64,000 nucleotides of DNA from the NCBI GenBank assembly GCA_973895155.1, contig OZ316895.1, forward strand, positions 11,244,858 through 11,308,857, read 5' to 3'. The position numbers were made by a program, and so were the translations under genes. A model generated the notes under the pieces. It ran no database searches. It was not told the DNA's origin and saw only the letters and a program-made list of their open reading frames with translations. This document shows positions 47,855 to 60,100 of the stretch, one piece after another. The stretch comes from Marsupella aquatica. Lineage: Eukaryota > Plantae > Marchantiophyta. Each line of letters begins with the position of its first letter. The stretch's first letter is position 1.

Positions 47855-48688
47855 CTATCCAAATGGACATAAGATTTTCAACGGTAATATATTAATACAA
47901 AAGAATGTAAACCCTAAATTTTAAGAGTTTCTTATTCTTGTTTAATTTTAAGGGACTCTAAATGCCTTTCCCCAAACCAACATTTGTCTAAAGAAAGTAT
48001 AAACATTAAAGATGTTAGATGGAAAATATATTTTCAGTCGTTGTTTCCTGGTCATCCATTATGGGTAGCGAGATCGCTAGCTTAACTAGGGTATTGAATA
48101 AGACAACAAAATATTAGGGATCTTGACCTTTACTACCTCAAAGAGATAAGATGAATATTGGTGATTTTGCTAGCGACATCGCTGACCTGATAACTAGGGT
48201 TTATTTGACAACTTTATGTAGTAGTCATTGACTCAATGGATCCTCTAGAACCGTCTGGATTTTTGCAGGCGAGATCGCTGGCAATACATTCTTTCTGAGT
48301 TGAAGGTTTTGGTTTGTGAAGTTTGACAAAAAGTAGTCTTTAAAACTAATCTTCTATATTTCCTTTGTCTTTTACCCAAAATGAAGGGCTTGACAGAATA
48401 TTCCTTTATATCATACCCTACATGTGCCTAAATGGTCTCTAAATAGTCTCTAAATGATCTCTCTATATAGAATATGACATGTATAGTGGTTAATCAAAAT
48501 TGAGAGGTTTTAGCTAGCGACATCGCTAGCTATATTACATCTCCTTGATTTAATGTATCCGTTGGACATTTTGTCGTTTATTCAACGTTCCCTCAACATT
48601 CACATTTAATCCCGTTAGATGTAGTTTTGGACATTCTTACATATCTTCTATACCACTACCTTTGGTAATGTATCTTCATCTCAATTCG

Positions 48689-51600
48689 ATGGCTTTGGTG
48701 GTCATATTCTGGCGAAGGAGCAATGGTGATGTTGTTAACTTGGAGGTGTCTTCCATGAGGAAGATCACCCCGGTGACTGAGTCATTCCTCTTGACGAGAT
48801 TTGGTATCACAAATGGTGACTACATCTCAAAGCTATTTTTCCTTGTTTCTGTTGATGGTGCTCGAAAGATGAATTCATTCCAAGAAGTCTTGATGGAGGA
48901 AGAGTTTGGGAGGTCGAGTCTGGAGATATTGTTGAGCTTGTTTCCGGAAAGGATGAAGATCTTGAGTCATTTGTAGATGTTCCAGGGATCCCTTTCCTTG
49001 GACGGAATTCTAAGATGATTCATGAACGGGTTTTTGTGGACCTGGACCCTCTAGAGTCTATAGGAATTAATGATGAGGTGTCGGTGATGGGGTCAACAAT
49101 TGTGGTGGACAATTTGAAGGAGGAGGTGGTTGAACCCAAGGCTGTGGGTTCTGATAGATTGACCAAAGTCTATAGAATTGGTGCATTTGAAGCATTCTTG
49201 AAGATTACTGGGGCCAGTGAGCTTGCTAGATTCAGAAGAGATGTTGCATGGGTTGATTTCCAAGTTGACCGGCTTCCCACAAGTTTCAAGGTCCGCTGCA
49301 CAGGTGTTATTCAATGTCAAAATTTAATTGTTCAAAATTCAAAGAGACTGGGGCCAAGAATGAAGCTGCATTCCCAGGAAGGTCTCTTCTTACAGATGTC
49401 TTCCAGCCGGGTTCCCTTGTTCCTGAAGGAGGTTTGGTTTGCGGGTTTTGTGACAAAAGACCTTTTTGTGTAAGGCCCTGTCCTGCTAAGATGTTTTATG
49501 TGTACGCAAAACCGGCCTTGGATTCACATATATCAAAGCATATGTCTCGACTTGCTGTGCATATGGGATTTCATGATCATCCAGTTCGAACTGGGAAGTG
49601 TCGAGTTGCCAAGAAGAAAGTGGAAGAAGTTATTCAAGGCGTCCAAATAGCTCATCCACTACCAACACCCTCCAGGGTGAAGAACATTTCTATAGGGACA
49701 TTGATATCGCTTTTGCATCCCGAGTCATGCCAAGATCTTTCAAAAGAAGAGGAGGTCGAATTGTGGAATTCAATGAAAGTTGTGTCATCGCCGGCAAAGT
49801 TCCATGCAATTTTTCGAAGTGTTAAGATAGGAAATCCCAAGAAAGGTGAGTTGGATTCACTTCGTGAGATGCAAACGCGTGTGAAATTTCCATTCCTTCA
49901 GAGGTTCATGTTCCCAGGACGGGCTGGGAAGTCCATCCGAGCTCATGTGTTCAAGGTGAGTACCAAGGGTCCAGGTTCAGGTGTTGACATTCTCCGTCGC
50001 ATGCAAAGAGGAGGAACTTTAGAGGGGGCATGGGTGAGTTTTGACGTGATGCATAGGATAACAATAGGTTGGCTCACTTTCAGTGCTCATGTTTATGATC
50101 ACACTTACCGTGCCCTTTGTACAATATTCACTTGTGAATTGAAAGCTGAGGATGCTGACTCTATGGAAACTGCATGGCGTTTAATGTTGGAGGTTGCTAT
50201 CGAGAATGGTATTAGTGAGGTAGAGATAGCAGGTTTTATGGCGAACAATGCTGAAGCTGGATGGATTGTTGTGAGAAATGTTTTCTTTGATGGTGTCCGG
50301 TTCCCAGAAAGAGAACATAGTGATGCATTCCATTTATCTCAGTCTCTGAGACGTCATACATTGGAGGGAATTCGTGACGGGAAACATTCAGAGCATTACA
50401 AGATGTGGGAGAAATTTCGGAACGCTCCAACATATGTTGAGGCATACAGAGTGGCAGATGAGATTCAAGAGTGGTGGAAATCTGGGAATTGTCATCATGG
50501 TAAATTGAGGGCTTTGCAAGGCTGGATTGCCTGGTGGGTTGTTCGTTGGCAACAATGGGGAAACTACTTCAGACTGGTAAGTGAAGTAAACCACTTGAGT
50601 TGGCTAGCGAGGTCGCTAGCTAGCATTCTGGTTAAGTGGGAGTTTATGTTTGGGGCCTTTCATCATGATACACAATCTTATGTTGTTTTTGTATTGGATT
50701 TCAAACTCAAACAACAAAGGAGTCAGCATTGATGCCAAATTGTACTGGAGCGGAATCTGTACATGCATCAATGAGAGTCTGTCAAATGAAGAGGAAGATC
50801 GGATTGTTGGAAGCTTGTGAATTGGATCAAAATCGAGCTGATGGACAGATTGTTGCCTTTGCTGCGTACATTGAGGGATGTCACAAGGGACATGGACCAA
50901 CCATTTTTGAACTTGCATATCGGAATGCAGATACTCTTGGATCTCTTGATGCTTTTGAGAAAGCATCAAATCTTTTGCTTGAGTCGTCTCCAAAGTATGA
51001 TTTCCATTGTACCCAACCACTTCACGGGGATCTTTGCACAAAGTCTGGAAAGCGAAAAGGTCCTGCTTCGGCAAGAGTTGGTGCTGAAGGCTCTCATCGA
51101 CATGATAGGGTAATGCGAACCGAGGCAGTGACCAGGGGGTACATCCTAGAAATCTATATTCGGATTTTGGAAGTGTGAAAGTGGTGGAAGATAAGCAAGA
51201 TGTTTTGGAAACTTCCGGAATACTCCATCACTCAATGTCATCTAGAGGTCCAGAAGTTGTTTTGGACCCATCCGTTGTGATCCTTCTTTCTGATAATGAA
51301 GAAAATGGCACTGATATGTTGATTGATGACACTCAAGAAATTCCAAGGCCGTTGCATGAAGAAGCTGTATCTCCTCTTGGTACAGGGGAACCAATTCATA
51401 TTCCACCTTGGCGAATACCAGCTGTACATGAAGTAGACATACCATTTGGGACTTGGCACTTCCGGAGGTGTGGAAATGGAAATGGTCCAGTCTGCAACGG
51501 GTCTATGGATCGAACCATTTCTGGAAGAGACGAGTGTAGGAACTTCATCAAGGAAGTCGGGTATCACAAAAGATCATGCGGTGTTGTTGGGGTTGCCATC

Positions 51601-52315
51601 CATGGTTTGAGGATCACTTCGCCGCACACTCAACTTCTGTACTTCTGTCCAAACAATATTTGTCACAAAACAAGGGGTTGCAAGTCGATTTCCCAACTTC
51701 CTTTAGTTCCTGAATCTCTGAAAGTTCATCGAGGGACAGGGTTAACACCTCCTGAAATCAATTTCTTGATTCAGATGGGTTTTCAAATTGAGGGTCTCTA
51801 CTACATGGACTGCCAACCAGATGGCATTGTTTCTCCTCCAAACCGGGTGGAACTTCGCATTGACGTGAACTCTTTTCCAGAGAAGGTTGATGTAACCTAC
51901 CCAAATAGACGAATGAAGACACAGAATGGAAAAGGTACTCGACAACGTTTCAACTTCACAGGAGAACTCTTGAAAAGGATTCAGGCTGCAAATGACAAAC
52001 AAATGAGGGTCGTAGCTTCTGAGAAAGTCGTCCAAGGAAACGGATGGGGATCACAGTTTTTGATTGCTACTCATGAAAACAATCCAAGTAAGTCGAGTAA
52101 ATATTGGATTCAGTTGTGCTCTTTTCCTTGTTGTTCCTGTCCAGATTTCTTCAAGCGGCATTCGCATGGAAAACCTTATATGTCTTGCAAACATATCCTT
52201 TGGGTTTTTAAGAATGTTTACTAGTTTGAACTTGGATAGTGATGATATTGTTAAGCAGCCTATTTTAACCATAGCTGAAATTTCTGATCTTACTGAATGG
52301 GCAATTGAGGTTTGA
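48689..52315 (+). pseudogene. MULE-type transposase copy 2 (GCM-like finger, DDE, SWIM), frameshifted
   Basis: GAWVSFDVM, FSAHVYDH.YRALCTIFTCELK.ED, WIAWWVVRW.QWGN and FPCCSCPDFF...CKH are shared with 9376-13117, with an intron at the same position (about 50577). Confidence 0.8.
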
Positions 52316-53024
52316 GATGGACAGGTCCTCTTTGGAAAGAGGTTTTTTTTAAGTGAGAAGTAAGTTGGATTTTGTTTTAATTAATTTAGATTTCTCGGAG
52401 GGTGAGATATTTTGACCATGATATCATGACCATAAGGAGTATAATATTTTGTTTCTAAGTTGTGAGCATAGATATTTCCATTAATAAAGGAATGTTCTTT
52501 TCAAGCATATACAAAAATACCATATGTTGGTTGTTTTTTTGCTAGCGAGGTCGCTAGCCTTCACTTTAAAACAGTTAATTTATGGTGTATTATTTGAACA
52601 AATGGTGGTTATTCAGAGAAACACCCTTGTTGTTTTTCCTTGTGCATACAAAATAGGATGCCTGTATCATATTACATTATTGAATGAGGTGTGATTGTAT
52701 CAGACTATGAATGGCGAGGTTATTCTCCCCTCATAAGGTGGAATATCATGTTTGTAGTGGGGTGGTCTTTGTATGATTGCCCAAACCCTAAACCCTAGTT
52801 GGAAATGAAAAGTAGAACTCGAGACCGTTAGTAATTTTTGCCAACCAAACTGCTTGGCCATTTTTGGCTAGCGAGGCAAGTTATTACTAGCGAAGGGCCC
52901 ATTTTGCCAAAAAAAAACCTTCTTCCAGCAAATAAAATCCTGTTACGAGCATTTTTTTCCTGTTTCCTCGCATGGTAGTCATACCCGGATTTCTGGATTA
53001 TACAGCTTTGCGGACCCACCAAGG

Positions 53025-56000
53025 ATGAAATGGACTTTGCTTAGCAAACAGAGAGTTGTGCAAAGGGCTAAACAGACTGATCATGTGATGGAGGCAGAGC
53101 ACGAAGGGTTCAATGGTACGAGTGTAAACTTTGGGAACACATGTATACCGGAATCTATACAGGCCAATGTTGAGACAGTTGGAGAGAAGTCCTCTGAGGA
53201 ATTCATGGACCTGTTTGAGAATGAATTCACATCTCCTGCCCAATGTAATAAAAAAATTGATGTTACTTTTCAACTTGTCTTCTTTATGAGACAATGCCAC
53301 AACAGAGGAGGATTATCTCACAAAGATATGAATAGATTATTTTGGCTGCTGCACCACCCTCAATTCGATACCAAAAAAGTTCAGGTTTATACTGCTGCTG
53401 AGGTTTGTAAATATGAGGAAAGTTTAACAAGTGAGAGGGGTGACCAAAATTGGGAAAAGGTTGAAGTCCGCAAGGAGACTGAAAGTGCTCCAGTTCATTT
53501 GTTGCATCGTGATCCATTATGTGTTTTGGAAGATCAATTTTCTTCTCCTAAAAATAAAGAAGAGTTTGCACTTCACTCTTCAGTTGCTATAGAGGGCAGT
53601 GAGAGATTGTACAATACTTTGCAATCCGCTGAGTGGTGGAGGGAAATGGAGCAAGACGTTGAATCTACTTGCAAAGGAGGAGTGATTGCACCCATCATTT
53701 TGTATTCTGATCAGACTGCCTTGTCACAACAAGAGAACTCAGGGTTGGCCATTAGTCATGACAATTGGCAATATTAATTGCACTCTTAGAAGTTTGCCAG
53801 AAGGTCACACTTTGCTGGCTATTCTTCCTGTTATTGGTCCGAATGATCCAGGTGAGATTTAAACTGCAATTATTCCCCTCCAGTTGAATTTGACTGCTCA
53901 TTGTCTGTGTAGATATTCCCAGGATGTTAAAAAGTCCAACACTTACAACCTTTATATTCATTTCAAAATACTTACACTAATTTCGTTTGCTGTAGGTATA
54001 TTGGAGACAGAGGTTCCTAGTACAGCCAAATTGGAACTGTTTCACAAATGTGAGGAGATTGTTTTGGCACCATTGAAGGTGGCAAGTCATACAGGAGTTC
54101 ACATGAAAGACCCATTTGGTCAATCCCAGTGGGTCTTTCCAAGACTATGTCTGTATATATCTGTGACCAGATAGAGGGGAGTAGAATCACATGCACATTT
54201 GATACAAACAAGTCAAATTATCCATGCAGTTGTTGTTTCTGTCCAAAAGAATCGCTTAGCAATGTTGCAAGAACATTTTCTTACAGGGATGAGAAGGGAA
54301 TGGAAGCAATCTTAGAAGAGATGCAATAGTCTTCTGTGCAAGATCAGAAACACATGTCTAAGGAGCAGTTGATTTATCCAATACAGGTAAGCACTTCTTA
54401 CTGAGATGAGCATTGATTGTGCAAAGGGAGTTTTGAATGTGTTCAGTTATTCTATTGTTTCTGTCAACTGTGAGTGATTTTTTTTCTTGCGATGTCTTGC
54501 AGTGTGCTCTATGGGGATTTTGTGGAGGTGATTTGTTATATGGAAATCCCTATTGATGCATACAATTAGACGGTCTTCATCAGTCCATACTAGGTGTATT
54601 CAAGACTCTAGTGGGCATTGTGAGATCGGCTGCTACTTCCCAAAGCCTTGTGAAAAAACCTATGCAAGAACTTGATAGAAGACTCTAGAAAATACACAAG
54701 GAATGCCATTATGCTTCCTTTAGATTGCCTGGGAGTAATTAACCAAAGTGGTTACTTTCAAACCAATGCTAACTTTCATGGATTCGAGCATAAATTTGTT
54801 ATGCAGGTTGTGGTAATTTGTTTGCTTGGCATCATTCCAAATCCACTCATTGAGGTTTTTGTGGACTTCATAGATTGGTATTTGCTACCATTCTAGAGTA
54901 AACAACATTCTGAGAGGTCCTTGAATCAAATGGATCAGTTAATGAAAAAAGCAGTAGGATCGATGATAAAACATGCTAAAACTTGGCATAAGTCAAGTTT
55001 CAACATTGTAAAAGTCCATGCCATGAGTCACCTGAAAGATTGTATCAAACGATGTGGGTTGCCTTTAGAATATGACATAGGTATATTCGAACATCTTCAC
55101 ATTGCCCTCATGAAGGTTCCATACAGACATAGCAACAAGAGGAATTTCAAGGGGCAAATAGCAAGGCATAGCCAGAGGACTAGAATTTTACTAGACAAAG
55201 TGAGCTGTCAAGAAGACTTAAGAGTGCACGCAGAAGATGTTATTGCACTGGACCGGGTACTATTCGCCTTACCTCCCTCCCACTTTTGCTACACTTTCAG
55301 TTTGTACTTTCAATGTAGCAACAGGGTATAACCACCGTGACAACAAACATCAAACAGCAAATAGTTACTCATAACAGCAAACGGGTGGTAAAATTTTAGG
55401 AACTTTTTTAGGAACTTTTTTTTGAATTTGTTTAAAAAATAATAATTTGGGGATATTTTTTGGCTAGCGCCCAGAGCTAGTAATATATAGTATCGCCTTA
55501 CACTAGAAAAAAATTGTCATGTTTTAAATTATTTTGAAAATTGTGACTTTTAATGACACATTTTTAGATTGTCTAGTTTGCTCATAACAGTAAATTTGTT
55601 TGCTATTTGCTGTCACGGTGAAAACCCTCGTAGCAACACATGTCACTTTACAAAGGATGTCTTGTAGGCACTTATGCATGTGCTTTATGATTTGATATGT
55701 GCAGGCTGTATTGATAGGACAAATCACCCTATCTGGAAAGGATATAAGGTTGACATTGAGTTGGCTTGATGCAAGTAACAATGACTTTGTGCCTGTAGAA
55801 GTGAGTGAACTATTTCAGTGTCAACCAGAAATACAACTGCGCCCTCAACTGCGCCTTAGAGAAGCCTTTGTTATGCACTTGAATGATGAGAATTGTGCAG
55901 TTCCTGAGATAATACAACTTTGGAAAAGCTTAGCAGTGCCTGCTGGGGAAGGCGTTTGATTTGGAGATTGGCCAATGTACACCCGTGCCTATAGAAGTTT

Positions 56001-56400
56001 CCATGGTAAAGAATGGTTTGGATTCGTCTCTCTTCAGATGGAAGAAGCTGGCGTTGATCCTGTAACATCTTATGGTCAACTGAGGTTGCTGATTTCTTGT
56101 GAAGTCATTGATGAGGGTGGCAAGAAGATCATGAAGCATCTAGCATTTGTTAGAATGATGGAAAAGCTGCCAAGGGATGGAGATTGGAAGTTATTGCACT
56201 GCACAAAACTCCAATGGATTGATGAAGGCACGATAGCCTCTACAAGCAGAAAAGCACTTTACAGAAGATCCAAAGTGCCTTATATTGTTGTGGAGGTAGC
56301 AACCATTGCTAAAGTGATTCATGTGTCCCTAATTTTGCTCAAGTTGGCACATATTTTGAAAACAGATTCAAACTTTAATGGTGGACCATGCAATGCAGGT
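53025..56400 (+). pseudogene. Plavaka-like transposase, degenerate
   Basis: PIILYSDQT, LFHKC...VLAPLK, DGLHQ..LGVFK, and KVHAMSHL..CIKRCG.P..Y...IFEHLHI..MKVPYRHSNKRN. C-terminal YGQLRLLI...LAFVR. Multiple stops and frameshifts. Confidence 0.7.
55323..55628. mobile_element. 306-bp MITE (Mutator-type) in a Plavaka intron
   Basis: TIRs AGGGT..CACCGTGACAACAAA / TTTGCTGTCACGGTG..ACCCT. 9-bp TSD TGTAGCAAC/CGTAGCAAC. Internal TAGCGCCCAGAGCTA. Confidence 0.7.
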
Positions 56401-57144
56401 CAGTTCTTTGTTCCCAAATGTCTACATTTCTTGAGGGTCTGCTGTTGACTAGTAGTCCGGAAAATACATATATTTCCATGAATCTCTTATGGCCAATCAT
56501 GGTTCCATCTAGCACTCCTTTGTCTACAGTGAGTAACAATCTTGCTCTGTTCTTACCAATGCATGATTTGTAGGTGTCTCACAATTTGTAGGTGTCTCCT
56601 GTATGATCGCTGATTTAATTTTGTTTGAGACAGTATAGGATGTGCGGCATATGCATTGGCAATGGTTTCAATGTTGGCCCCAGGAGATCCCTTTAGTGTT
56701 GCTACTGCAGTGGTAAGTTTTCTGAAATCTCATACCTTTGGACAGTCTCTGAAGGCATTGTCTAGCACTATTCATGTCTCCACCTACTTCATGTTTATTG
56801 TATCCTAGATATCTTGCTGTCCAGATTGCCTGAGGGTTGCCCAATTGATCCCTTCATACTTGCATCAAAAGATACTTTGCATCTAGCATATCTATGAGTG
56901 GGGCTAGCTTTTTTATCTAACAAATGAAGCTTGATGGGATTGTATTACCATTTGGGAACGAATGAACTCACTCACTTGTTATTATCTACCTTGTCTTTCT
57001 TTGCAGCCAAGCTCTCTCTTGCGGGAGGTACTTCTTCTTTCTCCCTCTTTGCTTTCAACCTGGGTATTCTCTATTAGGCTTTGTTGACTGGTTTGTTCTA
57101 TGTTCCTGTCTCTATATTAGAGCTTCATGGAGATTGGTAGTTTC

Positions 57145-60100
57145 CGTTGGGTATTTACTCTTACGTCTAGGTTAGGTATGACGTGGTTGATACAACAACG
57201 TGGGTTGGTACAACTACGTGGGTTGGTACAACTACGTGGTTAGGTACAACTATGTGATTAGGTACAACTATGTGGTTAGGTACAACTAAGTTGCACACTA
57301 TATCATAAGAGGCATGTGTGCTTGGAGAGATAGAACCAAGGCTCATTGTTATGGAGCCACTTGAGAGATAGGGAGAGCTTACACTGTGGAGACTCGGTAT
57401 AGCCGACGGGCTTAGAGTTCAGTAAAGCTCTCTTGTGTGTTTCCGTGGACGTAGCCTCAAGGAGGTGAACCACGTATCTCTTGTGTCGACTATTATGCGT
57501 TGGATGGTTCATGGGCTTGCCGTTGCGATTATCGTCTATGCTCAACAATTGGTATCAGAGCATGCTTGGGAGGTGACGTGTGTTCGTGACGGGATTTCAT
57601 GACGGTTTTTCCAACGTTAAGTGTCGGTGGATTTCCCAGAGTTCCGTCTCATGGAACTTGGAGTTTATGGGCTCAACGGATAGATCGGGGCAAAAGCTTT
57701 CTAACGGTGTGAAGAAATTGTTGAACGGAGCTCGTGGTGCAGAGAGATCTAAGTTTTCGTCGTTCTGGATTTTGTGAAGAAAGTTGACAATTGACTCGGA
57801 GGGAGAAGCGTCAAGTGTTTTGACTCAACGGAGAGATTGAGGCAAGACGATTGTTTTGAGTCCGGGATTGGCTCTTTGATACAAACAGGAAGGCTAAGCA
57901 AAATCAATTACCTTGTTGGACTTGGTGACGGCACCAAGTGCAATTGATCAACATTCGTTGTTGACAAGGTACCATTTGTTCTCTTTGAAAAACTGATTCG
58001 AAATTGGCTATGGCAATTGAGAGAAATCTGTCATCTTTACCAATTTTTTCCTCCCTTGTTCTTTCCTTGTTTTGGGTGCTTCTTATATCGATCTTCACCG
58101 CCTCGGAGTCTAGTTTCCAAATCTGAAATCAGATCTTGATTTCGTCAAAACCCGAGTGAGATATCTTGCGTTTGGTGTCGAGGGGTACATTCTACCGTGT
58201 GTATTTTCAGCGCGCGCGACCAGATTTCGACGACGAAGGGTGGTAGGGGGTTTTGGGGGTTTGAGGACACGTGTTAGCCCCTCGATTGTTCTTCCAAAAT
58301 TCCCATAGGGCCTGTACAAGGGTCATAGAATATTCCAAAAAATCAGAGAGCTATTTTTGGACCGTCCGACAAAGATTTCGTCCGCCGAACGGTAACTTTT
58401 TTGGTTTTTTTTTGGCAAGGTCGTAGCCATTGAAGTTGGCAACGCGGCGCACAAATCACATCGCAATTCCGACAACGGGTTGTACTTGGTATTTCGGTTA
58501 TTCCCTGAGGTGGTAAAAACGGGGGAGTTTCCCAAGGTTTTACCCACCTCGACCAAAATTTGAATAACTTTTCCGTCAAATTTCGATTTTGATTTCGGTT
58601 TTCAGTATTGGACTCCTAGCTTTGTGGGCTACACGGCGGTGTTGAGTTTTCAAGTTTTTTGAGAAGTTGTGAAAAACATTATTTTTTGTGATTTTCTCAT
58701 ATGAGTGATTCAGAGGAGTTTTTCGAAGACGTGGAACTTGAAGCACGAGGATCACCGCGGCGGTTTCAGGGGCAGAGAGAGGAGCAGGAGGAAGAGCACG
58801 TGACACCGATACCATCACCGGTGCGGCGTGTGGTGGAGGAAGCAGTACTACTACCGGAGCTCACGGTAGTGCCAAAGAAGAAGATGAGGACTTTCAAGCT
58901 TGGGGGACCTAAGTATGAAGTGACAAAGTATGATGGGTGCTCTGACTACTTGCTATGGGAGAAGCAGGTGAAGGGAGTGCTCTATGCGTCAGGGATGGGC
59001 CAACTGTTGAGCCCTCGTGAAGACGATGTTGATGAGAAACAATGGGACCGCATGCAGGAGCAGGGAGTGTGGTGTGTTACACTCTATCTCATGCCTCCCA
59101 TCATCAAGCAGTTGGGTGCACATAAGGATTGCATGTCCTTGTTTGCGGAATTGCAGAGCAAGTATCACCGCAAGGAGTTGTCGAACCGGCTCTACACTTC
59201 CTACAAACTGATGAGTTTCAGGATGAAGGAATCCGGTACGAAGTTGCAAGATCATGTGGATGCTTTCAACGACATGGTCGTTGACTTGGAAAACCTTGGA
59301 GAGACTTTGAATGATGAGACGAAGGCTCTGCAGCTTCTTAGTTCATTGCCTCCATCTTACCAGTCTCTATCACGAGTGTTGTTGCATCGTGATAGGGATA
59401 CTATTTCATACAATGACGTGATAAGTTCTCTGCTTAGTGATGATCTTCAGCAGAAGATGCACATCACGTCACAGCCTTCATCATCTGGTGCTGCCCTCAA
59501 TGTTAACCGTGGGAGTATGCAGCGACCAACTGGGGACCGTAGAACCCAGTTTAGATCTAAATCCAAATCTAAGTCCAAGGGTAAATCCCCTCAGAGGAGG
59601 CAGGTGACATGTTGGAAGTGCAACCAAGTTGGACACTTCAAGCGAGACTGTAAGGGAAAGGCAGCGGAAACTTCATCGGCAAATGTGGCTAGGGCTGATG
59701 GAGAAGCTGATTTACTCAATGATGAGTATGTTTTATGAAGCCGGGGGTATGCCCTGTGCACGCCATCTAGGAGAGCAGATGATGTGTGGATTCTTGATTG
59801 TGCTTGCTCTTTTCATATTTGTTACATTCGTGAGTTTTTCAGTTCTTACTCTGTTTCAAACGGTTCAGTTCTGATGGGAAATGATCACTCCTGTCAAATT
59901 GAGGGAATTGGGTCTGTGAAGATTCAAATGTTTGATGGCGCTGTGCGCATAGTGTCCAGAGTCAAGTATGTACCTGGCATGCGTAAGAATCTGATTTCAC
60001 TTGGTATGTTGGATTCAAATGGTCATCAATGGAGCGTTATTGATGGTGAACTTCAAGTCAGGTCGGGAGAGACAGTGATTTTGAAGGGGAGTAGACAAAA

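Larger units (their letters stand above)
43177..52556. repeat. Dispersed 14-bp palindrome TAGCGANNTCGCTA of MULE copy 2
   Basis: Copies near 43177, 48066, 48171, 48268, 48515, 50605 (intron) and 52543, plus half-sites near 52868-52890. Confidence 0.85.
38481..52986. mobile_element. Mutator-like element copy 2 (interrupted by the outer CACTA and two solo LTRs)
   Basis: Same divergent gene pair as copy 1. Terminus ...CCTGTTTCCTCGCATGGTAGTCATACCC at 52986. TAGCGANNTCGCTA palindromes. Confidence 0.72.
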
